Assembly (NCBI RefSeq): GCF_044704955.1
Contig: NC_091997.1
Location: forward strand, 85,808,001-85,872,000
Source of the DNA: Pristiophorus japonicus
Lineage: Eukaryota
Reading direction: 5' to 3'
Length of the DNA: 64,000 nt
A program made the position numbers and the translations under genes. Shown here piece by piece: positions 38,609-50,342 of the stretch (position 1 is the stretch's first letter; each line of letters starts with the position of its first letter). The notes under the pieces are model-generated. The model searched no databases, was not told where the DNA came from, and saw only the letters and a list, made by a program, of their open reading frames with translations.

Positions 38609-38997
38609 CTGCATTCTCTCCACAGATGCTGCCTGACTTGCTGAGATTTCCAGCATTTTCTGTGTTTATTGCAGATTCCAGCATCTGCAGTATTTCGCTT
38701 TTGCAAAATGTAAGGTATTAGGGGAGATAGTTTGCAGCTATTGGGGAGATACTGGAGGAGGTTTTAGTGCGGATAGCTGTCATTGGGAAAATGTTAAAGT
38801 CTTTATTAAGATGAAATCACTGCATATGCAGATAAAGAGTAAATAGTGAGAAGTAGCTGGCACGGGTTTCAAACTGTCCAGGAGGTAACAGACATGGTAC
38901 ATGGACGTAGTGTACATGGTCTTTAGGAAATTCTTTGATAAAGTACCATACTAGAGATTATTATATTAACAAATATTCTTTTCAATGTTGTTTATAG

Positions 38998-39477
38998 ATT
39001 CAGCTGATATATCTCCTATTGAAGAAAACTCTTTGTCGCTGACAGTGTCAGAGGGAGAGAATGTGACTTTACCCTGCCAGTTTCAGAATAGAAAACTACT
39101 CGCCTTCACTCTGTTTTGGTTCAGATCTGGAAATGTCAATAAGTGTCTGCACTCTGTTTCCATTGACGCTCAGGGGCCATATTCTAACCCACTCTGTTGT
39201 GTGGATAGAGAGTCGTCACAAAGAATCTCTACCCAAAGCTCATACAATCCTTTGGTTAGCCGCCAGTCTCACAACCTTACTATTCACTCAGCGGGCCTGG
39301 TGGACACTGGGAGGTATCTCTGTGCTGTACACAGTCAGGATTCAGGGAAACATGTCTGGAAGATTGCAGCAAACATCTCCCTTGTGACAGAGCCCAGTGC
39401 AGAAACTTCAGACACTCCCACCTCAACATCTGGAATATCCTCAGTGACCGGAAGCATTACTCCTACAAATATACAAA
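38998..39477 (+). CDS. Gene B exon 3: V-set immunoglobulin domain plus Ser/Thr-rich stalk
   Basis: LTVSEGENVTLPC, LFWFR, HNLTI, DTGRYLC canonical V-set motifs; tatAG acceptor, GTAAGT donor, phase 1-1; N-glycosylation sequons NVT, NLT, NIS. Confidence 0.93.
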
Positions 39478-39639
39478 GTAAGTGATACAATCTAGAACAT
39501 GATGTGAACTATTTTATATCAATAATTCAATATAAATAATATAAGTAATTCTTTCACACAATGTCCCAGACTCCTCCATCAGATGTACATATATCATGGC
39601 ATTGCACAGACTGAACTTAATGTGGTTTCCCCTCTGCAG

Positions 39640-39756
39640 GTCCTTACTCCAGTTGCAGTGACATGCGCATTTGTGTTTTGGTTCTGTACTTGGTTGTGCT
39701 AATTTGCATTGATGGAGCACTTTGCATAATCCGAAGGAAATGGCAATCTGCCAAAG
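39640..39756 (+). CDS. Gene B exon 4: transmembrane segment (S)PYSSCSDMRICVLVLYLVVLICIDGALCIIRRKWQSAK
   Basis: ctgcAG acceptor, GTAAGC donor; 21-residue hydrophobic stretch followed by RRK stop-transfer. Confidence 0.85.
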
Positions 39757-39869
39757 GTAAGCAAGAGCTTTAAAATCATTGATCTACATCCAGAAAATTG
39801 CATTAAAGTACAGAATTATTACATTGATTTTTTAATTCGTAGTTCTAATCTTATCATATTCATTGTGAC

Positions 39870-40985
39870 CGTAGAGACATAGGAACAGGAGGGAGCCATT
39901 CAGCCCCTCAAGCCTGTTCCACTGTTCAATTAGATTATGGCTGATCTGCATTTAGCCACCTTGGTTCCATATGCCTTAATACCCTTCATCATCATAGGCA
40001 GTCCCTCGAATCGAGGATGACTTGCATCCACGTCAAAATGTTCACCGGTGTTTTAATGAAGGACCTAAAATTCCAGGTCTGAACTAAATCTTGAAGGGTG
40101 GAAGATGCCTGTGCTTGGATTTTTTTAACGTGTGGTGACTGTTGCTCATCAGCCACCACACGGGCTCGACAGAGCTAGGTCTTGGCCCAGTAGCCAGGAA
40201 TAACCAAGACGGTTGGAGACCAGCTCTGCTGCACAGACCTAGTGCGCACACATATCGCAGTGTGAGCTGGCCCGTGCTGCCCCTGGGCTCTCAACTCTTC
40301 TGGGCCCCGAACTCACGCCTCTCCTGGGCCCCGATCACATCCCTCTACAATCTCTCGCTGCTCCTTCGCCCCGACCTCGCTGCTCCTTCGCCCCGACCTC
40401 GCCGCTCCTGCTGTTCCTGCCCATGCTCCAATCACCGACCTGGACCTTGATGATGTCCCTTTTCACTGGCATTGCTCTCCTGCTCCAGCACGTGCTGCTC
40501 CCTGGAGTAGTATGCAGCCATGCTGCTCCTTCCGCTTCCGCTCCCCGCCTGCTCCAATGACTCTTAACTGATAAACATCCACCAATCTCCATTCTGAAAT
40601 TTTCAATTAGACCCCCCAGCCTCTACAGATTTTAAGGTTCCATTCCCTTGTTCAGGATTCCCCCACCAGAGGAAATAGTTTCTCTCGACCCACCCTATCA
40701 AATCCTTTAATCATCTTAAACACCCCTTAATCTTCTATGTTCAAGGGAATACAAGTCTAGTCTACATAAGAACATAAGAAATAGGAGCAGGATTGGCCAT
40801 ACGGCCCCTCGAGCCTGCTCCGCCATTTAACACCGTCATGGCTGATCCGATCATGCACTCAGGTCCACTTCCCTGCCCGCTCCCCATAATCCCTTAATCC
40901 CTTTGCAACCCATCCTCATAATTTAATCCTTTTAGCCCCGGTATTATCCTGATAAATCTGTGCTTCACCCCTTCTAAGGCCACAT
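39870..40985 (-). mobile_element. CR1 3' fragments with a nested RTE-type short element (~39986-40555)
   Basis: CATAGGAACAGGAG and CATAAGAA tails; CATCATCATAGGCAGTCCCTCGAA start shared with 44163. Confidence 0.65.
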
Positions 40986-41325
40986 ACTGTAGGGCGCTAA
41001 TGTGTTCTTGACGGAGGAAGTTGAATGTAAATTATTTCCTATGGGTCCCTTCCAGTCCAGAGGGAAAAGGAGGGATGGAGTGAGGGAGAGAGAGGGAGAG
41101 AGTGGGAGAGACAGGCAGACATAGACATAGAGAGAGAGAGAAAAGAGGAGGGAGAACTAAAGGGTGAGAGGGAAAACGGGAGAGTGATGGGAGATGGTGA
41201 GGGTGAAAAGTGAAGAGTAGAGAGAGATGGATTCAAATCCAGGTGTCAAAAATAACAAATCCCATTTACATCTGTTCAATATTGTTTGAATCTAATGTTA
41301 CACGTTTAATTTTATGTATTCTTAG

Positions 41326-41357
41326 TGATGGAGGCAAAAGTGAAATCCAGGGAATAA
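41326..41357 (+). CDS. Gene B exon 5: short cytoplasmic tail (V)MEAKVKSRE*
   Basis: cttAG acceptor paralogous to 2273; entered in phase 1 it gives TAA at 41355-41357; downstream donor mutated GT to GG (41361). Confidence 0.55.
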
Positions 41358-42387
41358 AATGGAAGTAGTTGCAATCTTTCAGTATAATCTTCTCAGAAGC
41401 TCCTGGAACTTTATCTCATGTAACGTATAAGAATTCACCATTTTTGCTGTATAAATTTGCTGTAAGTTGACCAAACTTAAAAAGTGACCAAATTTAATGA
41501 CCCAACATGCTTTGGGAGGCCAAGAGTCTGGTTCCTGTGAGAATTTTATAAAATTTTTGAACCAGCAAGGGATTGCAGATAAGGGATTAACCAACCTTGG
41601 ACAGGAACAAACTGTTGAGCCATCATGAGGAAAACAGGAACATCTGCAGACAATGAATAGCCTTGAGGCCACCGATGTAAAAGATAAGATTTAATTCACT
41701 GACTGACCGTTGATCAGAAGAAATGAAGAAAACAACTACTACTATGATTAATATAATTTGGGACACGCACGCAGTGGGCAGGTTACCAAGTTTTGCGGTA
41801 TACAAAGTACTGCGAAAAGACACTCGCTGCTGCAGTCGACGGCAACCTGGTCAGTTGCTAGTTAAAGTCGTACATCTAGTCATCATCGAACCGACCACTC
41901 GTTGGTATTAGTATGAATGTAGTGCTTGCTTATCATTGCTTGATTTTAAATTACGGTAATAAACCTGTGTATGCTGAAGTATAATCAAGGATCTATTATA
42001 TATTATATGCAATAGTTTTGTGTGAACTTACATGTGATTTTTTGCTGATCTTAAGTAAAAAGAAGTTTTTCACAGATTCATTGGTTTTTGAATTGTTTTG
42101 TTTCACGGGTCCGAACTCTGTAAACCATCGGATGGGCCGAGGGGTTATTTCCACATGTCCTACAAACGAAGACAGATGGCTTTCATTATCCACTTGAAGT
42201 GAAACCCATCAGACGTGATCTCCTCTCCCAATATCTCGGCAGAGACCACACGGACCATGGGTGGCAGGTGTACAACCGACCCCCTCGAACACAAGTGTGT
42301 TTTCACAGATTGTAACATTGAAGCTGCTTGAAGCGCAGGATTGTGTGTGGAGAAATCTTCTCCCAATGTTCCGCAAATGGTATAAAA

Positions 42388-42847
42388 CTGAGGAGATTTA
42401 TGAGGATGTTGCCTGGACTGGAGAATTTTAGCTATGAGGAAAGATTGGATAGGCTGGGTTTGTTTTTTTTGGAACAGAAGAGGCTGAGGGGAGACCTTAT
42501 TAAGGAGCCTAAATAGAGTGGATAGGACGGACCTATTTCCCTTAGCAGAGGCATCAACAACCAGGGGCATAGATTTAAAGTAATTGGAAACAGGTTTAGA
42601 GGGGATTTGAGGGGAATTGTTTTCCCAGAGGGTGGTGGTGGTCTGGAACTCACTGCCTGAAAGCGTGGTAGAGGCAGAAACCCTCAGCACATTTAAAAAG
42701 TACTTGTATGTGCACTTAAAGAGCCATAACCTACAGGGCTACGGACCAAGAGCTGGAAAGTGGGATTAGGCTGCAGAGCTCGGCGGCTGGCACGGATACG
42801 ATGGGCCGAATGGCCTCCTCCGTGCGGTAAATTTTTACGATTCTATG
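42388..42847 (+). mobile_element. CR1 3' fragment present only in copy 2
   Basis: RRFMRMLPGLENFSYEERLDRLGLF; TAAA(A)CTG on both flanks. Confidence 0.88.
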
Positions 42848-43369
42848 TAAACTGCTGTTTGTTCTGAGTTTTTGTGGCGACCGACATAGAACATGGAGAC
42901 AGACTCAATGTGAGTTTCCACTCTCACCGACACCGGACGGGAGCGATGGGAACCCACGGTTGAAGAATGTAGCGGCTACACATTCGGCGTGAAATTGGTC
43001 CTCGCCAGTTTCGACTTTGATGGAAATGAAATTCGGGCTCGGTGTGAAACGTGCGCTCGATTCGCGATGAGCTTCACACTGCTGGCGAAGAGCAACTTCA
43101 CCCCCTTGGACTCTGCTTAGATAGAACAACGCATCGCTGGTGTGTAATACGCAAAATGGAACTTGTGTGATTGGAAGTCATTCAATAAACACTGTTTAAA
43201 AATTATAACTAAATGACGAGCTGTGTCATCTGTCCAGCAGGAATTTTATGCCAAACTAATTGAATGAATGAACTGATCTCAGTGAGGACACTGCATTTAG
43301 ACTCAGTGCCCCTGGGTTAGAGAGGAGAAAAATCAGCCAGGGCTCCCAACACTGATTGGTGCCCAAGGA

Positions 43370-43722
43370 CTTGTCTTGTATTCTCGAGTGTAGAAGATTA
43401 TACGGTTAAAATGGTTCAATAGGGTAGATACAGAGGAACTATGAATAACAAGGGGACATAATCTTAAGAGCTTAGTGATGGGCCATTTAGGAGTGAAATC
43501 AGGATGTACTTTTTCTACACAAAGGGTGGTAGAAAGCTGGAACTTTCTCCCCAAAAGGTTGTGGATGCTGTGGGTCAATTGGAGCTTTCAGATTGAGTTT
43601 GTTAGGCAAGTGTATCGGATATGGAGCCAAGGCAGGTAGATGGATTTGAAGTACAGATTAGCCTTGATCTAATTGAATGATGGAGCAGGCTCGAAGGGCT
43701 GAATGGCCTCCTCCTGTTCCTA
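43370..43722 (+). mobile_element. Degenerate CR1 3' fragment
   Basis: GCAGGCTCGAAGGGCTGAATGGCCTCCTCCTGTTCCTA 3' hairpin. Confidence 0.75.
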
Positions 43723-44162
43723 GGGCTCCTGTTCCACGTGTGTGGCTATGGGAAGAGAACAGGATCAGGGCCTCTGCTTGTGATGGTCTCAAGATCAGAC
43801 AGCAGGCAAACAGTCACAGCCTGCACTGGCACATGGAGAGGTGTTATCTGGCTCGAGTTCCAAGTGCTTGATCCCCACCTCAAGGACAGTGGAGATAACT
43901 GAGGAGAAACCGAATGAAATCAAACCAAATACAGATGCTTTCGAAAGGGGAAGTGAATTATGCTGGATCTTCCATAATCCCTTACGGTCCAAATGCTTCC
44001 TGTTGCTGTGGTGAGCTGTGTCAGTTGGTACGGAGCTTTCCCTGACGTGATGCATGTATTTCTTCCACTTAGATACTGTGGTGTGAGGAGGTCCCAGGGG
44101 CGAGTGGGGACTGTGGGGGAGGGGTGCACACTGTTACGTTTAGAATAACGCCACAAGACTGT

Positions 44163-44859
44163 CATCATCATCATAGGCGGTCCCTCGAACAAGGATGACT
44201 TGCTTCCACGAGAGTTCACAGATGTTTCAATGAAGGACTCGATGTTCTAGTCCTGAACTCCAGTTGAGGGGGTGGAAGGTGCCTGTGTGTGGATTGTTTT
44301 AACGTGTGGTGACCGTTGCACACCAGCCACCACACGGGCTTGACAATCAGGGCGGCTGCGAGGCATCAGTTGATTGCAGCTTGCCCCCCGCGATTGCTGG
44401 AGAGACCAGCGCACGCTGGGCCCCGGGGCTCGAGCCCATTGTCCTCAGGGCCGCGGGCACGCACCGCCTGGGCCCCGGTTTCCATTCACTGCAACACTGT
44501 AGCGGGCAACAGCAAATGCTACACTTCTGGTCTCATTGTAACCCGTGAACAAAGGAGGGGGTCTAATGGCCTGGCGCTCGCAGCCTTAACCCGGCCTCCC
44601 TCTCACTCCCCATGAATGTTGACGAGCCCGCTCTGAAATTCCAGCATTTCTTGTTTTCTCGTCTTTCCCTCCAAAAAAGCATATCCCTCCCCTGTTCCCC
44701 TCCCTGCAAAACATATCTCTCCCCTGCACCCCGCTCCCCAAAAAGCATATCCTTCCCGTCCCCCCCCCAAAAAGCATATCTCTCCCCTGCCCCCCCCCTG
44801 CAAAACATATCCTACCCCTGCCCCCCCCAAAACATATCCCTCCCCTGCTCCCCCACAAA
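44163..44859 (-). mobile_element. RTE-type short retro-insertion with (ATG)n tail inside the Gypsy C LTR; includes C-rich tandem repeat 44670-44859
   Basis: 10-bp TSD ACAAGACTGT (44153-44162, 44860-44869). Confidence 0.7.
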
Positions 44860-45318
44860 ACAAGACTGTATATCTGAAGCTCAAACTGCTGTGACCTTGG
44901 TCTCTTTATTGTAACTCCAGAGTGAGGAGGCAGCGTGGTAGTCTGCCTTTTATACCTGCTTCCCCAGGGTGCAGGTGACCCTTGGGTCTCACACAGGTGC
45001 ACCCCCTGGTGGCAAGTCTTACACATTGGTAATGATTACATACATAACATCATTCCCCACCACACCCCCCGCACCCCCCCGCAAAGTCTTAGATACAAGT
45101 TATTTACAAGTTGAGGCAATCCGGGGCTCTGCGTTCCCGGATTGATCGCCTGAGTTGAAGTCCTGGTATGGGTGAGTCGGTCGGATCATTGCTGCACTGC
45201 GGTGTGGCAGGTCTGATCGGACTGTCGGGCACGGTGGGTTCATCCTCGTGGGGTTGATCGCTGAATTGGGTGTGTGGGTGGATCAATGATGGTAATGTCC
45301 TCTTCAAACTGTTCTTGG

Positions 45319-47104
45319 TTAACGGGGAACAAAGAAATGGCAGACCAATTGAACAAGTACTTTGGTTCGGTATTCACTAAGGAGGATACAAACAACCTTC
45401 CGGATATAAAAGGGGTCGGAGGGTCTAGTAAGGAGGGGGAACTGAGGGAAATCTTTATTAGTCGGGAAATTGTGTTGGGGAAATTGATGGGATTGAAGGC
45501 CGATAAATCCCCAGAGCCTGATGGACTGCATCCCAGAGTACTTAAGGAGGTGGCCTTGGAAATAGCGGATGCATTGACAGTCATTTTCCAACATTCCATT
45601 GACTCTGGATCAGTTCCTATGGAGTGGAGGGTAGCCAATGTAACCCCACTTTTTAAAAAAGGAGGGAGAGAGAAAACAGGGAATTATAGACCGGTCAGCC
45701 TGACATCGGTAGTGGGTAAAATGATGGAATCAATTATTAAGGATGTCATAGCAGTGCATTTGGAAAGAGGTGACATGATAGGTCCAAGTCAGCATGGATT
45801 TGTGAAAGGGAAATCATGCTTGACAAATCTTCTGGAATTTTTTGAGGATGTTTCCAGTAAAGTGGACAAAGGAGAACCAGTTGATGTGGTATATTTGGAC
45901 TTTCAGAAGGCTTTCGACAAGGTCCCACACAAGAGATTAATGTGAAAAGTTAAAGCACATGGGATTGGGGGTAGTGTGCTGACATGGATTGAGAACTGGT
46001 TGTCAGACAGGAAGCAAAGAGTAGGAGTAAACGGGTACTTTTCAGAATGGCAGGCAGTGACTAGTGGGGTGCCGCAAGGTTCTGTGCTGGGGCCCCAGCT
46101 GTTTACATTGTACATTAATGATTTAGACGAGGGGATTAAATGCAGTATCTCCAAATTTGCGGATGACACTAAGTTGGGTGGCAGTGTGAGCTGCGAGGAG
46201 GATGCTATGAGGCTGCAGAGTGACTTGGATAGGTTAGGTGAGTGGGCAAATGCATGGCAGATGAAGTATAATGTGGATAAATGTGAGGTCATCCACTTTG
46301 GTGGTAAAAACAGAGAGACAGACTATTATCTGAATGGTGACAGATTAGGAAAAGGGAAGGTGCAACGAGACCTGGGTGTCATGGTACATCAGTCATTGAA
46401 GGTTGGCATGCAGGTACAGCAGGCGGTTAAGAAAACAAATGGCATGTTGGCCTTCATAGCGAGGGGATTTGAATACAGGGGCAGGGAGGTGTTGCTACAG
46501 TTGTACAGGGCCTTGGTGAGGCCACACCTGGAGTATTGTGTACAGTTTTGGTCTCCTAACTTGAGGAAGGACATTCTTGCTATTGAGGGAGTGCAGCGAA
46601 GATTCACCAGACTGATTCCCGGGATGGCGGGACTGACCTATCAAGAAAGACTGGATCAACTGGGCTTGTATTCACTGGAGTTCAGAAGAATGAGAGGGGA
46701 CCTCATGGAAACGTTTAAAATTCTGACGGGTTTAGACAGGTTAGATGCAGGAAGAATGTTCCCAATGTTGGGGAAGTCCAGAACCAGGGGTCACAGTCTG
46801 AGGATAAGGGGTAAGCCATTTAGGACCGAGATGAGGAGAAACTTCTTCACCCAGAGAGTGGTGAACCTGTGGAATTCTCTACCACAGAAAGTAGTTGAGG
46901 CCAATTCACTAAATATATTCAAAAGGGAGTTAGATGAAGTCCTTACTACTTGGGGGATCAAGGGTTATGGCGAGAAAGCAGGAAGGGGGTACTGAAGTTT
47001 CATGTTCAGCCATGAACTCATTGAATGGCGGTGCAGGCTAGAAGGGCTGAATGGCCTGCTCCTGTACCTATTTTCTATGTTTCTATGTTTCTATGTTTCT
47101 ATGT
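45319..47104 (+). mobile_element. CR1 LINE, 5'-truncated, RT nearly intact (single stop at 45943-45945)
   Basis: ORFs 45274-45945 and 45976-46995 in the same frame; (TTCTATGT)n tail. Confidence 0.95.
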
Positions 47105-50100
47105 TAGTGGACCGCAGTTTGGTCTGATCCAAGTGCTTTCTGCACGTTTGTCTGTTCAAAAGTTTGACAACAAACACTCTATTCCTCTCCTTGGCTAACA
47201 AAGTGCTAGCAACCCATTTGGGACCATGACCATAATTAAGAACAAACACAGGGTCATTCACCTGTCGTGTGATACAGCCGTGTGATCGTGATACATGTTA
47301 TGCCGGTGACGCCGTGCTTCTACATGATCATTGAGATCCGGGTGGACTAAGGAAAGCCTGGTTTTGAGTGCTCTCTTCATTAGCAATTCTGCAGGGGGAA
47401 CACCAGTAAGCGAGTGGCGTCGCGTGCGGTAGCTGAGCAGAATCCGAGATAACCGGGTCTGCAGGGAACCATCCATCACACGTTTCAAGATGGTTTGGAC
47501 TGCCTGTTCCGCTTGACCATTGGATGCGGGCTTAAACCGCGCAGACCTGACATGCTTAATGCCATTGCGGGTCATGAACTCATTGAATTCCGAGCTGGTG
47601 AAGCATGGTCCATTGTAACTGACAAGGACGTCGGGTAAACCATGGGTGGCAAATATGGCCCGGAGGCTTTCAATGGTGCCAGTGGACGTACATGACGACA
47701 TTATTATACATTCACTCCATTTAAAGTAAGCGTCCACTGCTACTAGGAACATCTTTCCTAGAAAGGGGCCAGCGAAATCTACGTAAATCCTTGACCATGG
47801 TTTGGAGGGCCATGACCACAGACTCAGTAGGGCTTCCCTTGGTGTATTGCTCAACTGTGAGCAAGTATTGTATGACTCCAATTCCGAGTCAATGCCGGGC
47901 CACCAAACGTGCGACCTGACGATCGCCTTCATCATGACTATGCCTGGGTGGGTACTGTGAAGGTCGCGTATAAACGTTTCCTTGCCTTTTTTTTGGCAAA
48001 ATTACATGCTTCCCCATAGGAGACAGTCTGAATAGATAGACATTTCGCCCTTACGTCGGTGGAACGGCTTAATTTCGTCATGCATTTCCCCTGGGACCAC
48101 CGACCAGCTCCCATTGAGGACACAGCTTTTTACTAGTGATAGCACCGGGTCCTGACTAATCCAGGTCCTGATCTGGCGAGCCGTGACAGGTGACCCCTTG
48201 CTCTCAAAAGCAGCCATTACAAGGAGCAAGTCTGCGGGTTGCACCATTTCCACCCTGGTGGTGGGCAATGGCAGCCGACTGAGGGTATTCTCAGTGCCTG
48301 GTCTGTGGCAGATTACATAATCATACGCCGATAACGTTAGTGCCCATCTTTGGATGCGGGACAAAGCATTGGTGTTAATACCTTTGCTTTCTGAGAACAA
48401 CAAAATGAGTGGCTTGTGGTCGGTTTCGTGCTCGAATCGGAGCCCAAATAGGTATTGGTGCATTTTCTTAACCCCATATACACATGCTAATGCTTCTTCC
48501 TCAACCATACTGTAGGCTCTTTCAGCCTTAGATAAGCTTCTGGACGCATATGCAACCGGTTGCAGTTTGCCTGACCCATTGGCTTGCTGTAACACACAAC
48601 CGACCCCGTACAAGATGCATCACAAGCTAGCACTAAACATTTACATGGGTCATACAATACAAGTAGCTTGTTAGAACATAGCAGGTTTCTGGCCTTGTTA
48701 AAGGTTGTCTCTTGAGATTTACCCCAAACCCAGTCGTCACCCTTGCTTAGCAATAAATGCAGTGGTTTCAGCAAAATGCTCAACTCCGGTAGAAAGTTAC
48801 CAAAACAGTTGAGGAGTCCCAGGAATGAATGCAGCTCCATCACATTCTGTGGTCTTGGTGCATTCTTGATGGCCTCCATCTTGGAGACCGTGGGTCTGAT
48901 GCCGTCCGCTGTGATCTTTCTCCCCAGAAATTCGACCTCTGGCGCCAGGAAAACACACTTGGAGCGTTTCAGCCCGAGTCCCACTCTGTCCAGTCGCTTG
49001 AGAACCTCTTCCAGGTTGTGCTTCGGTGGTGTTGCGGCCAGTGATCAGGATGTCATCTTGGAACACCACGGTGCGTGGAACCGATTTCAGCAGACTCTCC
49101 ATGTTCCTCTGGAACATGGACGCCGCTGAGCAAATCCCAAAGGGGCATCTGTGGTATATGAATAGTCCTCTGTGCGTGTTGATGCGCGTCAATTTTTTTG
49201 AAGATTCAGCCAGCTCCTGTGTCATGAAAGCAGAGGTTAGATCCAGCTTGGTGAACGACTTCCCCCTGCTAGTTTTGCAAACAGGTCATCCGCTAGTGGG
49301 TACTGGTCCTGTAACGAGACTCGGTTGATCGTTACCTTGTAGTCCCCGCAGATTATGACCGTCCCGTCGCTCTTCAACACCGGAACAATTGGACTGGCCC
49401 ACTCATTGAACTCGACTGGCAATATGATCCCCTCTCGTTCAAGTCTGTCCAGCTCAATCTCAACTTTTGCATCATGTATGGAACCGCTCGGGCCTTGTGA
49501 TGAACGGGTCGTGCATCAGGGACTAGATGGATCTGCACTTTGGCGCCTGTGAAGTTGCCGATGCCTGGCTCAAATAACGACGGGAATTTGTTTAGTACTT
49601 GGGCGCACGAGGCGTCATCCTCTGAAGACAGTGCTTTGATATCGTCCCAATTCCATCGGATCTTTCCTGGCCAGCTTCTGCCGAACAGCGTTGGACCATC
49701 GCCTGGTACTATCCATAGTGGTAAATCATGCACAGCTCCATCATACGATACCTTCACTGCCACACTGCCAATGACTGGTATGAGCTCTTTGGTGTAAGTG
49801 TGCAGCTTGGTGTGGATCGGGCTTAGTTTTGGCCTTTGTGCCTTGTTGCCCCACAATTTCTCAAAAGCCTTCTGGCTCATAATTGACTGACTCGCCCCCA
49901 TGTCCAATTCCATGGAAACTGGAATGCCGTTTAATTTTACTTTTAACATTATCGGAGGGCTTTTGGTGGTGAAGGTGTGTACCCCATACACTTCCTCTTC
50001 AGCCTCGGCTTGAGTTGCCTCTCTTACTCGTTCAGCGTGATCCACGCCAGATCGGTCATCTTCTGCCGACTCTGCCACGTGGTGAGTCGCAGCACGTCTG

Positions 50101-50342
50101 CACATTGTTCCACAGCCCTTGCACATGTAGTGCTTGAATCGACATTGATGGGCTCAATGATTACCCTCGCAGCGCCAACATGGTGCTAATGGATTCGCAT
50201 TCATGCCCCACAGTGGGCTCTGAGTCATCCTAGGTCTGGCCTCTGCGGGCGTGTAGGCCCTGCCATGTACAGTTCTGCCAGTTCTGAAGGCATTATTTGA
50301 TGCAAAGTACTTGCCGGTGAGTTCCGATGCTGCAATGATATC

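Larger units (their letters stand above)
36236..38706 (+). mobile_element. Penelope-like element with inverted terminal repeats, degenerate ORF and GIY-YIG endonuclease, in intron 2 of gene B
   Basis: 12-bp TSD AATGTAAGGTAT (36224-36235, 38707-38718); 36236-36665 is the reverse complement of ~38245-38670; NLVCCIRCSRCSLLYIGETK; VLSKGLSFIP. Confidence 0.92.

Noticed and set aside
38998-39477. Rearranging Ig/TCR/IgNAR V segment
   Set aside because: No RSS after the YLC; the G strand and stalk are in the same exon and splice to a TM exon.
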